Notes: generated from the sequence alone by a model not told the origin. DNA of 64,000 nt from an uncultured Acidobacteriota bacterium (GCA_963796275.1 CAWCKY010000006.1:1984001-2048000), one strand, 5' to 3'. Counted from the stretch's first letter, positions 39,319-51,178 are shown. Translations and numbers: made by a program.

Positions 39319-42300
39319 GATTTCGATTCGTGATGATTGTTCTGGTGGGCGCTGGCGATCCAGCTCTCCGTCAGGCGCGCGCATTGATTGGTGCTGATGA
39401 CGGGCACGGGGAGATCATCGAGCTTGGGCAGCGCTACCAGGCCATCGCTTGCCATAAGCACGCATACGCCGTGCAGTCTGCCTCCGGGGGTAGTGACCCG
39501 CTCACGCAACCGTTCGATCACATCCAGTCGCCCGTACCGCGACAAGAGCCCCGGATAGACGAGCAGCAGGGTTTTATCCGACTGCGAGAGCTCCTCTTCG
39601 ATGAGCGGCACGCAGCGGCTGACGAAGATCATGAGGTTGCGCCAGTCCTGGCTGTTGCGGGGCGAGGCGTCGGCCTGGAGCGCGACCTGCCGATCGACTT
39701 GGAAGGGGGCGGCCTGCTCACGCATCACTCGCAGGAAGAGTTCGTCCAGATTGTGTCGATCGAGATCGAAGCGATGGAGCAGTGCCTTCTCCGCATCGAG
39801 CAATTTATGCGGCGCGACAGTAAGCGCCAGGAACGAGCCTTCGAGTGAGGCGCGGCGCAGCTTGTTATCGAGAATCCGCGCATCGGCGATCTCCGGAGGC
39901 AGTTCAATGCCGCGGGTTGAAGCCGGCATCAACGATCCGGACGCGCTGGGCGGAACCGTGGAGCTCGATAATCCAGGGATCGTCGGTTGCCGCCAGTGAT
40001 AAGCTCCTTTGCTGTCTTCAGCATCCAAGTCCCAAACCAGGTCGATCTCGGCCTCGCCTAACAGGTCATCGAGCGCGGGGCGATCGGGGAGCGGTTCGGC
40101 ATCGGGATATCGGCTATGAACTCGCTGGTAGATCACGTCGACCGGCAAAGTATTCACGCCTATCAACGCCCCTTGCGCCAGGCGCAGAGCACGGATTGCG
40201 GCCAATCCCTGAGGGTAGATTTCCAATCGGCTCGAGAGGGCAGCCGTGCTTGAAGCCGCAACGGCCAGTTTGACCAATCGCACATCTGTCAGCGGTGTGA
40301 TTGAATCCGGTGGGCGAGCTTCACGAAGCATTTCTAATGCGCGCGCCGGTGTGGAGATCGGATCGAGCCTCGCCAGCCCATCTGCCACGCGGGCGAGCTG
40401 TTCGACATAACCGGCCATCTCAGCGAAACGTGTGATGAGGATGCGATCATTCTCCAGGCGGCGTTCGATGAAGCGAGGGCTTTCGTTGTCACGCTCGACC
40501 TCAACGGCAGCTCTGACGACGATGGCCGCCAGTTGCGACCGCCGCGGTTCGGAAGCGACCGACCCGCGCGCATTGAGGGCGGCCTCGCACAGCTCGCCCA
40601 TCGTCATTGCCGCGCCATGCGCCTCAATGATCTCAGCAACGGTATCGCGGAGGGCGGTGATGGAAGGATTTCTCCTCCATTTTTCGCGGGCAGCGGTCAC
40701 GACCTGCCCGATGCGTGCGGGGCTCAGCTCCATCTGTCGCGCGATATCGGATTGACTGGGCCAGTCGAGTGCCGCGGGCGTGACATTGCCAGATGAGTCG
40801 AGGCCGAGGAACGCGTAAAGAATAGCGCGCTCTCCCAGCTTTTTCCCCGGATGCCCGAGATCGTTGATCTGCTTGCATAACAGATCAATCCCGACCACGA
40901 CAGTCCTGGCCTCTTCCGATTCGGAGGTCGTCACGGGAGCGACCGGCACGGAAGGCGATATATCCGGGAAACGAAGACGCAAGGCGTTGACGAGTCGGGC
41001 GATTTCGCGGCGAGTCTTATTCCCGACACCTTGCATACGATGCAGCCGCCCGAGCGGAATTGAAAGCAGGTCTTTGATCGTGATGACATTGATGCGTTCG
41101 AGCGCATTGGCGGCGCGCGTGGTCAGCGGCAGAGTGATGATCTCGGTGGTCAATGTTAAAGGTATGCTCTCCATCCAGGTTTCGAAATCTATATCGTCAT
41201 CTGTGGTCGAACTCGTTTGCGGCTGGTCGATCCCGTCAAAGAGCGCGCCGCCAGGCGCGCAGCATCTCCTCGGCATTGTCGAACCGCTTTCGCGCATCGC
41301 GCCGGAAGGCCCGCGAGAAAAATCCGATCAAAACATCGCGCACCGGTGGATCGAAGAGCGCTTCATTGAGCGTGACTTCGCAATCTAACAAAGAAGGATC
41401 GCTATGACCGTCGCCCCAGACGGGGAGATTGTCCGGTGGCCATCTGGTAGAGAGTTACAGACAGCGGCGTAGCGGTCGGCGTGCAGATACCATCGTTTTC
41501 GATCTACGAGAAACGGATCGATATAATGCGCCGTACCGAGGCGCAATTTGTCGACAGGTGTTTGAGAGAGCGAAAAATCGAAGAGCACCAAACACAATCG
41601 GCGCCCGGCAACGGTCTGCCCCACGACGATGTTGTCAGGTTTAATATCCCGATGAGGAATTCCCTTATGTTCCAGGTGATTCACTGCTTCGAGCAGGTCC
41701 TCGCCGAAACGTTGCAGAAAGTCTATCGAGAGCCGCCCCTCACGCCTTAATCGCTGCGTGAGTGTTTCGACCTCTTTCTGCGTGTCTATCCCGACCTTCT
41801 GCATCGTGAAGCCGGCGAAGCCGGAGACATCGACATCCTCATAAACTTCGATGATGGCTGGGTGACGCAGCTTTCTGATAGCCCTCGCCTCGTTCCAGAT
41901 AGCTTCGTTATGCTCCACATCATTGGCCAGTTTAGCACGACTTCGCTCCCGTCTTTCTCTACGACGAAAGCGGTGGCGGAAGAGCCTTTGCCGAGCCGGC
42001 TTTGAACAACGTAACCACCCTCGAGCTGGTCATTGACTTTGGCATCGAGCGGATTCGCGATGTAATCGACGGCGGGTTGGGTCAGCTCGTTCTCGACCCC
42101 ATCGAGTTGGCTCAGGAACTCAGCGATGGTTACCCAGCGGTCTGAGCTCTCGGGAAAAGTGCTGTATTGAATCAACTCCTGCAATTCGGCGCCTGCGCCA
42201 TCCATTACTGATGAGATGCGCAACCCATTCCCGGCGCGGTATCTTTTCGCGCAAGTCCAATCCGTTTTCTGCAGGCGATCTTGCAGAGAATATATGGTAG

Positions 42301-43572
42301 GCAATCGTACCCAGCGAAAAGATGTCGAGCTGCTCCCCGGCGATTTCAGGATCATTGATGGCTTCTGGCGCCAGATAGACCATCGCCGCATCTTCGATCA
42401 ATTGTTCCAGGTGTGAAGTCGGCGTCGGGCGGGAGACATCTCTGGTGGAACTGCCGGATTTCCGAAATCCCACCTGCCAGTTGAATATCTTTATTTTGGG
42501 GGAATCACCATCTGCGTCGATTATCAGGATGCTCTGAGGGCTGAGCGATCGATGAACCAGGCGTTTCTCGTGCGCATAACGTAACGTTTCAGCGATCTGT
42601 CGCAACAGGTTGAGGCGTAAGTCGATGCTGAGTGATTCGCCGTTCAAGGTCAGGTAATGATCGAGCCGCACGACATCCGGATAATGGTGGAAGAAGAGGG
42701 CCGTGCCAGCTCATGCTCGATGAAGTCATGAACCTTGAGAATGCCCGGGTGATCGATCTCTTCCAGGATTTGGAATTCGCGATGTGCGGCGCGACGGATG
42801 AATTCTCGGTCGAGTTCAGAAGTGTTTCGCGCGATGTTGTAGATTCTGATCCTGCGTTTCGTGGATTCGATCCTTGAGTGAGTTGCGGCCCAGTCCTGAT
42901 ACGTGTCCGTAGGGCTTTGATAAAGTAGTTCTCCGAGATCGTAGGCGCCGACGCGCCGCGAGCGCTGCGAGGGACGAATGCCAGCCTGTTCCATGGCCTG
43001 AGTGAGCACTCTGCCCATCGGACGATCGATCACGGTTTGCACAGGTTGTTGATAACCCGGATACCGGCCATTTTTAAGGGCATCCAGAATGCCACGCCCC
43101 GCGGCCTGCGAACTCTCATCGCGCAGGCAAATACGATGCCCGGCGTTACCAGACAATTGAAAATCGAGCTGCTTTGGGGAACAGAAGATAAGCGGATTAA
43201 GAAACGGGATGCGAATCTTTTGACAGGCTTTCTGGCGCCGCAGTAGCGTAGCCAATTTCTTGGCCTTCAGATTTGCGAGCAACAGGGGGTTGTCGGCGGT
43301 TGATTTTTTCCACCCGATCTCCAGACCCAGGTCGTATGTTACCCGTCAAGGTTCCGGGTTTGCTCTTGATCTCGATGAGATAGAAGCTGATGGCGTAAAG
43401 ATCAGCAGGTCAACCTCATTAATTGATCCATCGTCAGAGATGAATTGAAATTACTCCAAGCTCGAAACAGTTCGCTATCTGGAAGGCCTTCCTTTATGTA
43501 ATCTAGCGCATCGCGCTCCCACTGATACTCAGAGGGAGAGATCATATTCCACCTGTTGGATGAAAGCGCCAT
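39315..43572 (-). CDS. pglW: BREX serine/threonine kinase PglW, frameshifted
   Basis: N-terminal NERD-like (WERDAL, EVDLL), two kinase domains (HRSLSPQS; HRDIKPDN, DFSL), RNAP alpha-CTD-like and HTH segments. Confidence 0.9.
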
Positions 43573-44327
43573 AGCTAGAGAAGTTGAACCGGATTAAAAT
43601 CAGGCGACTTGCTGTGAGCGTTCGCAAAACGTGGACTTATCCTGATTTTGTATTGAATTCAACTTGATTACGCAAATCTAAATCTGGAAGCCGATCGAGC
43701 GAATTCATATCGGCAAATGGATAACGTGATCGGTAGATTCTTCTGAGAGTAGAGCAGTATAGACCGATCTCGGAGAACAGCCGAAGACAAGAGTGTAGTC
43801 TTAAAACTTATAGGTCAATCAGGTATTAGACATGTGTATTGCGTTTCGGAAGCGTCTCCTGTAAGTAGTTACTTGCATAAAATAGAGCGTGATCGATCAT
43901 GAATGTTGTGTGATTATTTGATCTACCCTTTCACTTCAACTCCCAGCAAGTGGCCGATAAATTGTTTTTGTGGCATTAACCGTTTTGGCGAGCAGATTGC
44001 GAGGAATGCCCTAGATTCCCTAATTTGGCTCTGGAGTAAAATTCAAGTTATGCGATAAATCCCTAGTTTTGGGAACTATCTTTCGGAAAAATCGGGCTGA
44101 ACTGAAACACACGACATTGAGACGCTGAAATTCACCCCAGATCGGCACAAATGCGACGGACAGACGAGGATTAAATCCGCGCCGATTGGCCACATCAGTG
44201 CTGATCAGCGATGAAATATCGGTTCATGCACAGGTGCCATGTAGAAGATTAAGTAGTAAAACGAAAGACTAACGAAATCGTTCTGCAAAATGTGTGGTAT
44301 TCGTTAATGAAGAGCCAGCACGTTGAC

Positions 44328-44834
44328 TCAGTCCTGTTCGTCTGCAGTCGGACCGTAGGAACCGGGGACGGGGATGTTGAGCAGGCGAAGGTAGACGGAG
44401 AACTGGCCGCGGTGATGGATCAAGTGATTCAGGATGAAGTCCCGCAGTACATCACCCTTGGCATGTTCGAACTTCACCTGGCCCATTATTTTGAAACGCC
44501 AGGGGCGCATTATGGTCTCGTCGTTGGCGACTGCCAGAACTCGCTTGCAGTTTGCCACTTTATCGTCATATGTCTTGAGCAGGTCGGCCACCGACATAGC
44601 CTGGTATGGCTTATAGTCGGCAGGATCGATGTCGAGTTCGTCCATATTGAATATCGAATCGGACCAACCGATGCATTCGACGATGTGCGATGCCAGGTCG
44701 CCTGCCGTAAACGACTTTTCGTGGGGCCGCCAGTCCAGCTTGTCGTTCGGCAGCCGTTCTAAATGTTTGCGTGTCGTCTGCGCCTCTCGTTCAAACTCCT
44801 TCATCAGCGATTTGCTCAACTTACTCATATTCAT
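44328..44834 (-). CDS. DinB family protein
   Basis: W.PHEKS...LASHI, NHLIHHRGQFSVYLR. Confidence 0.9.
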   Translation of the reverse strand: MNMSKLSKSLMKEFEREAQTTRKHLERLPNDKLDWRPHEKSFTAGDLASHIVECIGWSDSIFNMDELDIDPADYKPYQAMSVADLLKTYDDKVANCKRVLAVANDETIMRPWRFKIMGQVKFEHAKGDVLRDFILNHLIHHRGQFSVYLRLLNIPVPGSYGPTADEQD

Positions 44835-44967
44835 TCTCCTTTTTGCAGATTGATCATTTCACCTGGTTCGATGCTGACGTCGATTGGTCGACAATCATGC
44901 ATGTGGGCCATGAGAACGATTCGTCCATTATACACTTTAGAGCATAAAGAGCTGATCAAGCCATACC

Positions 44968-45369
44968 TTATCGGGCCTCTCGGGGGGCGTCCGATGCTGA
45001 AACTCTAGCGCCGCGAAAATACGCCGACGCCTGCGAGCGAAAAACAAAATATAGAAGAACAGTGAAAAGCAGGCTGTGCACGAACAGCTCCAAGGGCGAG
45101 TGCATGGCACTGAGGATGACGTGGTATCCGACCCAAACAACCAGGAGCCAGCGCGCCCAATTGAAACCGTATAACATAAACAGGCCGCAAAGAATAGCGA
45201 GAATCCGGATGGCGGGAACCAGCCAGAATTCAAATGAATGCTCGGAGATGCGTTGTGCAGCATGCAAATCTGCCGTCGGAATCAGGCTGGCAAGCAGCGT
45301 AAGGCCGCCCGCCCCTATAAATAACCAACTTATTACTGTGATCGAGAGCGGGCGCGGGCGCTTAGTCAT
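44968..45369 (-). CDS. Hypothetical membrane protein
   Basis: RPLSITVISWLF, NWARWL, several TM segments. Confidence 0.75.
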   Translation of the reverse strand: MTKRPRPLSITVISWLFIGAGGLTLLASLIPTADLHAAQRISEHSFEFWLVPAIRILAILCGLFMLYGFNWARWLLVVWVGYHVILSAMHSPLELFVHSLLFTVLLYFVFRSQASAYFRGARVSASDAPREAR

Positions 45370-45406
45370 ATCGAGTTGAGCAGTCAGACAAAGATTTTGA
45401 GGTATT

Positions 45407-45485
45407 ATCATTTTACATTTGTCATTTGACATTGATTGCATCCTTGAAGGGCGAAGCAAATGACAAATGCCAAATGTAAAATGAT
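45407..45485. repeat. 27-bp imperfect inverted repeat built from 7-bp units
   Basis: atcattttacatttgtcatttgacatt / aatgacaaatgccaaatgtaaaatgat (25/27); immediately after the pdxA stop. Confidence 0.75.
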
Positions 45486-45489
45486 TGTG

Positions 45490-46458
45490 TCATTTTGTTG
45501 ATTTGCCCCGACTTTGAGCCATCGCTGCCGCCATTCGCAGCGCCGCTTTCATATTCGCGGCATCCGCGATTCCTTTGCCCGCGATATCGAAGGCGGTACC
45601 GTGATCCACAGATGTGCGGATTACGGGGATGCCCAGCGATACATTAACCGTGTCTTCAAAGGCCAGCAGCTTGATCGGGATGTGGCCTTGATCATGATAC
45701 ATAGCCACAATCAGGTCATAATCGCCGCGCGCGGCCTTCAGAAAGAGAGTGTCGGCGGGCAGCGGACCGGCACAATCGATGCCGCGCTCTTTCGCCGCCG
45801 CGACGGCGGGCGCAATGAATTGGGCATCTTCATCGCCGAGCAGCCTGTTCTCCCCGGCGTGCGGATTGAGGCCGCAGACGGCGATGCGCGGAGAAGACAA
45901 TCCCATCTGCACGAGCGCACCGTGGCCCAGCTCGATGGTCCGCTGGATGCGTGCGACATCAAGACTGCATGCGCGGAGCAGCGGGACGTGTGTGCTGACG
46001 TGGATCACGCGCATCCGGTCGTTAGCGAGCAGCATCCACGATTCCGGTGAGCCGCACAACTCGGCGATGAATTCGGTGTGGCCGGAAAACTGAATGCCGT
46101 TGAGCGAGACCGCTTCCTTATTGATCGGCGCGGTCGTCATAGCATCCGCTTCACCGCTCAGACACATCTCTGTCGCGGCTCGTACATAAGCCAGCGCCGC
46201 GCGCCCGCACGCCGCATTCAATTGGCCGGTTCTGAAATTTATCTCTGCCCCGGTCATCATCGCCATATCGAGGATTTCCACATTGCGGCGTTCGCGTACG
46301 CGCCGCCAACCAGGACCATCGGTCCGGTTCAATATCGCCTGGTCGCCGATGATGATCCATTGGGCCAGGTCCGCCACCGCGGTGTCATCCAGCGCTTTGA
46401 TTATGATCTCCGGGCCGACTCCGGCGGGGTCGCCCATGGTTATTGCCACTCTCTTCAT
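45490..46458 (-). CDS. pdxA: PdxA-family dehydrogenase (likely PdxA2, D-threonate/erythronate 4-phosphate dehydrogenase)
   Basis: GDPAGVGPEI, GLNPHAGE, AMYHDQG, RTSVDHGTAFDIAG; coupled to a DUF1537 kinase. Confidence 0.92.
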   Translation of the reverse strand: MKRVAITMGDPAGVGPEIIIKALDDTAVADLAQWIIIGDQAILNRTDGPGWRRVRERRNVEILDMAMMTGAEINFRTGQLNAACGRAALAYVRAATEMCLSGEADAMTTAPINKEAVSLNGIQFSGHTEFIAELCGSPESWMLLANDRMRVIHVSTHVPLLRACSLDVARIQRTIELGHGALVQMGLSSPRIAVCGLNPHAGENRLLGDEDAQFIAPAVAAAKERGIDCAGPLPADTLFLKAARGDYDLIVAMYHDQGHIPIKLLAFEDTVNVSLGIPVIRTSVDHGTAFDIAGKGIADAANMKAALRMAAAMAQSRGKSTK

Positions 46459-47630
46459 AGTCTTCTTATCTGACTTGACCCCCCTAGAAAATCTACCGCA
46501 TCTACGAGCGATTCGTCAGTTCCAAAACCGCCCGCCTTGGTGGCGAGTGGTAGGCCTGCTACCGTGCCGCCGATGAAGCGGCCCCACGGGACTCCGGGCA
46601 CGATCACTCCCTCGAGACTGACGCCGATTGCGCCCAGGTTGCGCGCGACAGCCTCCGCGGTGTCGCCACCCGAGAGCACAATGCCGCGCAATTCACGGTC
46701 GAGCAAGCGGACCAACCTTGCAATTGATATCTGCTCATCTCTGCCCCCCGGTTTCGCCCGCAGCAGAATGTGACTCTCGCCGCTTAGAGGTCGCCTGTCA
46801 ACCATCATCCCGGGTTCGAACGTCACGACAGGCCTTAATTCGAGGAGGCAATTGATCTGCCGCTCAGTGACGGCGTTGGAAGAACCGATGACCAGCAGGA
46901 CGCGTCCCCGGTCCGCGGGTTGCCCCGGGTCAGCTTTTCCTATCCGGAGAGATTCGCCCATGTTTGCTGCAATCTCGCCAGCCAACGCGCCGGCTCCGGC
47001 GAGTATCGCTCTCGCGCCGATAAGGTCCGCCGTTCTCACGACCGCCTGTAAATCAGCCTGAGATGTGCTGTCGAGCGCGATCATGCGCGCCCCCTGCGAG
47101 ATGAATCTGTGCACGGATTCTGCCACGGCCTCGGCGCCATGTTTCAATACTTCGAGGCCGACCTGTGCGACGCCGGATGCCCCCTGTTCACGCAACAAGG
47201 CCGGCAAGCTGCGTGGAGGATCGGATCGTTCCCCGAACAGGTGCAGGCAGCCCTCCACCAGCGTCCGCCCCATTGCCGGAAAAGCGGGCGCGATGAGCGC
47301 GACCTCAAAGCCGCAGGTCTCCATCATGGCTTCCAACTCAGAGGCCAGGTTGCCCAACAATGTCGAATCGAGCTTTTTGAAGATCAGCGGACAGCCTGAA
47401 CCGATGAGCGGGCCGCAGAAGCTGCGAATTTTCTCGGCCGCCTGCTCCGGTGAGTCGGTGCGGGTCGCCGTATCGTAAACGTGAACGGCCGCGGTATCCA
47501 CTGCTGGACCTTGCCCGAGCCAGATGTTCGTAGGATAACCGCGTAAAGCGAAGGGAAGCCCCGCGTCTGCCGCTCCGGTAAGATCGTCGGCCAGAATCGC
47601 GAGTGGAAGGTCGGAATGTAGCTTCGGCAT
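46455..47630 (-). CDS. Four-carbon acid sugar kinase (DUF1537)
   Basis: ADDLTGA.D, KKLDSTL.GN, PAFP.MGR, SGGDTA, TKAGGFG. Confidence 0.92.
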   Translation of the reverse strand: MPKLHSDLPLAILADDLTGAADAGLPFALRGYPTNIWLGQGPAVDTAAVHVYDTATRTDSPEQAAEKIRSFCGPLIGSGCPLIFKKLDSTLLGNLASELEAMMETCGFEVALIAPAFPAMGRTLVEGCLHLFGERSDPPRSLPALLREQGASGVAQVGLEVLKHGAEAVAESVHRFISQGARMIALDSTSQADLQAVVRTADLIGARAILAGAGALAGEIAANMGESLRIGKADPGQPADRGRVLLVIGSSNAVTERQINCLLELRPVVTFEPGMMVDRRPLSGESHILLRAKPGGRDEQISIARLVRLLDRELRGIVLSGGDTAEAVARNLGAIGVSLEGVIVPGVPWGRFIGGTVAGLPLATKAGGFGTDESLVDAVDFLGGSSQIRRL

Positions 47631-47769
47631 AAATCGGTCTTCGCCTTTTCCGGTTTTTTCGGGGGATTACAATGTTATTCAGGATTGATATGATCGGCCA
47701 CCTCAGGGCTGTGCCAATCACTGCATTTTTTTCCGTGTTTATATTTACCAGGTTCGGATAGTCATCCAG

Positions 47770-47799
47770 AATAGCAGTAACATTAATAGCAGTAACATT
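47770..47799. repeat. Perfect 15-bp tandem duplication in a divergent promoter region
   Basis: aatagcagtaacatt x2. Confidence 0.8.
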
Positions 47800-47872
47800 A
47801 TTTGAAAATAACCGCTAATAAATTGCCGGGCGCAGTTGATCTCATTTAAAGGCTATAACAAAACGAGGGCAC

Positions 47873-49870
47873 ATGAAATCGATCAAAAATGTCAAACCTT
47901 GCGATCTGCCAGTCAGAACCATATGCAGCGCGCTGCTATTTTGTCTGATGACATGTTATGTCTTCGCACAAGAAGGCTGGTGGATGAACGAGCCGATCCG
48001 CTGGGTGCAAACCAATCTGCGGCAGGTCGATGCAACGCTCGACGCACGGCGGTTGGCCGGGCAGTTGGCCGAGATGCGCGCCAACGTGGTGCTGATGGGA
48101 ATGGGAGGCATCGTATCGTATTACCCGACATCTGTGCCGTATCACTATTCCAGCCCAGATTTGCCGGCGGGCCGCGATATGTTCGGCGACGTGCTGCGCG
48201 AATGCCACGCGCGGAAGATTCGGGTCGTCGGCCGATACGATCTGAGTAAAACGCGGAAAGATGTTTACGATGCGCATCCCGAATGGTTTTTCCGCCAGGC
48301 CAATGGTGAGCCGGTTATTTACAATGGATTGTATTCGACATGCATCAACGGCGGCTATTATCGCGAGCAGGCGCTCAAGATACTGTCAGAAGGTCTCGAA
48401 AAATACGATGTCGACGGCCTGTTTTTCAATATGTTCGGCAACCAGTCGCGCGATTACAGCGGACGTTACGTAGGCCTTTGCCATTGCGATGTCTGCCAAA
48501 CCAAATATCGCGCGGCATTTAACAAGGAGATTCCCAAGGAGCCGGATGACGATTACCGCAAGTTCATGTTCACCTCTTCGCGCGAAATCGCTGCGGTCAT
48601 CGGGGATTTGATTCACCAGAAGCGGCCGCGGGCGGGCTACTTCAACTACATTCAGGAATATACAGATGGCATTATGTCGGAATCGAACACGGCGATATCG
48701 CGGCCGCTGCCGCTCTGGCTCTACTCGGCGAGCGACAATGTAAACCGCGCGCGCAACAGCCAGCCGGGCAAGATGGCGATCGACCTGAACATGCAATTTG
48801 TAGATTACTGGTGGCGCTTCGCTACCGTGCCGCGTGGTCAAATTGCGCTACGATCCTGGCAGAACATCGCGCACGGCGGCGCCCTCACCTTTGAGATGAA
48901 CGGGACTTTCGATCAGCAGGATCGGCAGGCGCTCGAGACGTCCAAACCGATCTTCCGCTGGGTAGCGGCGCACGAACAATATTATTCCAATCAGCGGAGC
49001 GCCGCGCGCGTGTTGCTGCTGGGCGCTGGCCGGGAGACTGGTACGGAAGCTTATCGCGGGCTGTTTCGCTTGCTGGCCGAAGAACACATACCGTTTGCGG
49101 TTTCGGACAATATGGATTGGGAGGGCAAGCGGGAATTCGACCTCGTCATCGCCGCCGATAGTGCGCCCGTCGGGTTGCAGCGATATGCCGAAAGGGGCGG
49201 CAAGGTACTGATAGTCAGCGCACGTGCGCCTGAATTCGAGGTCGCGCCGGTCGTCAATGAAATTAAGGATATTCGCGGCTATATCCGGGTGCGCGATCAC
49301 GCGGCGTATCCATCGTTGAAGGATACCGACCTTTTGATGTTGAACGGTCCATTCACCGAAGTACGCGACAGCGGTCCGGCAACATTGACGCTCGTGCCTC
49401 CATCGATGTTCGGCCCGCCGGAATTCATTCACATCGATATGAAAGACACGGAGACGCCGGCTATCGTCTTTAGGCAAATGGGACGAGGCGCGATCGCGTG
49501 GATTCCATGGAACCTGGGCGGGATGTATTACCGCCACAGTTTGATAGCGCACGCCGGGCTTTTCCGAGATGTGATTGGTCGTCTCGCCGTACCGCAGCAG
49601 TTACGCACAAATGCACACCCGCTGGTCGAGATGAGCCTGATGTATCAGAACGGGCATACTCTGTTGCACTTGATCAATCTGAGCGGTCACTCACAGACTG
49701 CCTATTTTGCGCCGGTGCCGATGACCGGTATTCAAGTTCAGATTGCCGGAGTTTTCAAAACCGCCAAGACAGTTCGCAGCCCGGGGAGTCTGGAGGTCAA
49801 GGTGGATAAGGGCTATACCGAATTTACTATTCCGCTTCTGTCGGATTACGAGTTGGTGGTGCTCGAGTAA
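47873..49870 (+). CDS. Secreted putative glycoside hydrolase (GHL6-like TIM barrel plus trimerisation-like domain)
   Basis: GGIVSYYPT, DMFGD....CH...IRVVGRYD, HPEWF, DGLFFN, CHC..C. Confidence 0.72.
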   Translation: MKSIKNVKPCDLPVRTICSALLFCLMTCYVFAQEGWWMNEPIRWVQTNLRQVDATLDARRLAGQLAEMRANVVLMGMGGIVSYYPTSVPYHYSSPDLPAGRDMFGDVLRECHARKIRVVGRYDLSKTRKDVYDAHPEWFFRQANGEPVIYNGLYSTCINGGYYREQALKILSEGLEKYDVDGLFFNMFGNQSRDYSGRYVGLCHCDVCQTKYRAAFNKEIPKEPDDDYRKFMFTSSREIAAVIGDLIHQKRPRAGYFNYIQEYTDGIMSESNTAISRPLPLWLYSASDNVNRARNSQPGKMAIDLNMQFVDYWWRFATVPRGQIALRSWQNIAHGGALTFEMNGTFDQQDRQALETSKPIFRWVAAHEQYYSNQRSAARVLLLGAGRETGTEAYRGLFRLLAEEHIPFAVSDNMDWEGKREFDLVIAADSAPVGLQRYAERGGKVLIVSARAPEFEVAPVVNEIKDIRGYIRVRDHAAYPSLKDTDLLMLNGPFTEVRDSGPATLTLVPPSMFGPPEFIHIDMKDTETPAIVFRQMGRGAIAWIPWNLGGMYYRHSLIAHAGLFRDVIGRLAVPQQLRTNAHPLVEMSLMYQNGHTLLHLINLSGHSQTAYFAPVPMTGIQVQIAGVFKTAKTVRSPGSLEVKVDKGYTEFTIPLLSDYELVVLE

Positions 49871-49907
49871 CCTGGAATCAGTAAAATCGGGTATATTGGA
49901 GGGGCAA

Positions 49908-50537
49908 ATGTCCAATACCAATTCACAAAAACTGCTCAGGATCCCCGTTTTCATTCAGGATGGTACTTTCGTTTTAGCCAGCGATCGACAACCTCTTCCG
50001 GGATTTGATGACGGAGCATTCTGCGAGATACTGATCGATCCTTTTCATGTTCGCGACCTGTCAAGGCTGCGCGGAAGCGAGGCCGATAAGGAGGTTCCTT
50101 TTCTATCTAAAGGGACAAAACTCCTGGCCCAGGTGAACGGCAAAATGGTCCCCCATGATCTCAAGGGATTTCTGCACGATTCGCCGAGCGAAATAGAAAA
50201 TTGCGCGCTCGTCGAATTCAGCCTCCTCGGCGACCTCAATCTTCACCTCAGATCCAGGGGAGATGCGACGTTGACGGACGTGATGTGCTCATCTCCTTTT
50301 CTCGAAGGCAGAGAAGACCCGCCGGTCGCCAAGAGCGTTAATCACTCGTACACGCTAATCTCTACATATTTCGAGCCACACCGGAAATCCCACTCTGGAA
50401 ATGTCTTTAATAAGGTCTTCTACTGGTCGGTGAATGCAGCCAGCTGGGTGTCTTTACAGACCCTTCGTGACGAAATCCGGCGCGGGCGCAGGACAGATAA
50501 CGACAAGGAGACGACCAGGCAGGGCAAACTCTTTTGA
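49908..50537 (+). CDS. Hypothetical protein
   Basis: GGAGG RBS, 209-aa ORF; C-terminal SVNHSYT..S..FEP.R.SHSGNVF. Confidence 0.7.
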   Translation: MSNTNSQKLLRIPVFIQDGTFVLASDRQPLPGFDDGAFCEILIDPFHVRDLSRLRGSEADKEVPFLSKGTKLLAQVNGKMVPHDLKGFLHDSPSEIENCALVEFSLLGDLNLHLRSRGDATLTDVMCSSPFLEGREDPPVAKSVNHSYTLISTYFEPHRKSHSGNVFNKVFYWSVNAASWVSLQTLRDEIRRGRRTDNDKETTRQGKLF

Positions 50538-50570
50538 TATAAGTTTCAGTCACATCGAACCTGGCCACCA

Positions 50571-51137
50571 TCATGCCATCGGCTCGTAGCACAACAAGAC
50601 GTTTCCATTTTTGAAGGCTCGCGTCTTCGTCAGCTTCAGACTCAGCTTCTCCTTGATCCCCTCGAACAGAGTTCTCCCTTGGCCGAGAATGACGGGATTA
50701 ATAACGATCTGGTATTCATCGATCAATCCCTCCTGCGCCAGTTGCGAAATTATGCTGCCGCTTCCCAATATCACCATGCCATCTCCGGCTTCTCGCTTCA
50801 TCTTTCGTATTTCCATCGGCAGCCCCTCCTTCACCAGAGTCGTGTTGTTCCACGACGCGTGGTCCATCGTTCTCGAAAATACGATCTTCTGCATGTTATT
50901 CATACCTCTGGCTATGTCAGGCATATTCTCGATCGCGAAAGGCGTCGGCCAGAAGCTAGCCATAAGCTCATATGTGATCCGGCCGAATACCAGAACGCCT
51001 CCTCCGCTCGCATTTTCTGCGACAAACTCATTCCACTCCGCATCCTGGCGGTCCGCTTTGGCCCAACTCATATCGCCGTTCTTATCTACAAAATAGCCAT
51101 CCAGAGTCACGTGATTGAAGGCAATCAATTTCCGCAT
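50571..51137 (-). CDS. Dihydrofolate reductase family (RibD C-terminal) protein
   Basis: TLDGY, GRITYE, GSG, LIDEY....PV.LG.G. Confidence 0.92.
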   Translation of the reverse strand: MRKLIAFNHVTLDGYFVDKNGDMSWAKADRQDAEWNEFVAENASGGGVLVFGRITYELMASFWPTPFAIENMPDIARGMNNMQKIVFSRTMDHASWNNTTLVKEGLPMEIRKMKREAGDGMVILGSGSIISQLAQEGLIDEYQIVINPVILGQGRTLFEGIKEKLSLKLTKTRAFKNGNVLLCYEPMA

Positions 51138-51178
51138 TTTTTTCTCCTTTCATAAAAAATGCAGCCAAAATTTGAGCG

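Noticed and set aside
43573-44327. Integrase, att site or BrxR-type regulator upstream of pglW
   Set aside because: No ORF of adequate length and no direct repeat matching the padR-side boundary were visible by eye.
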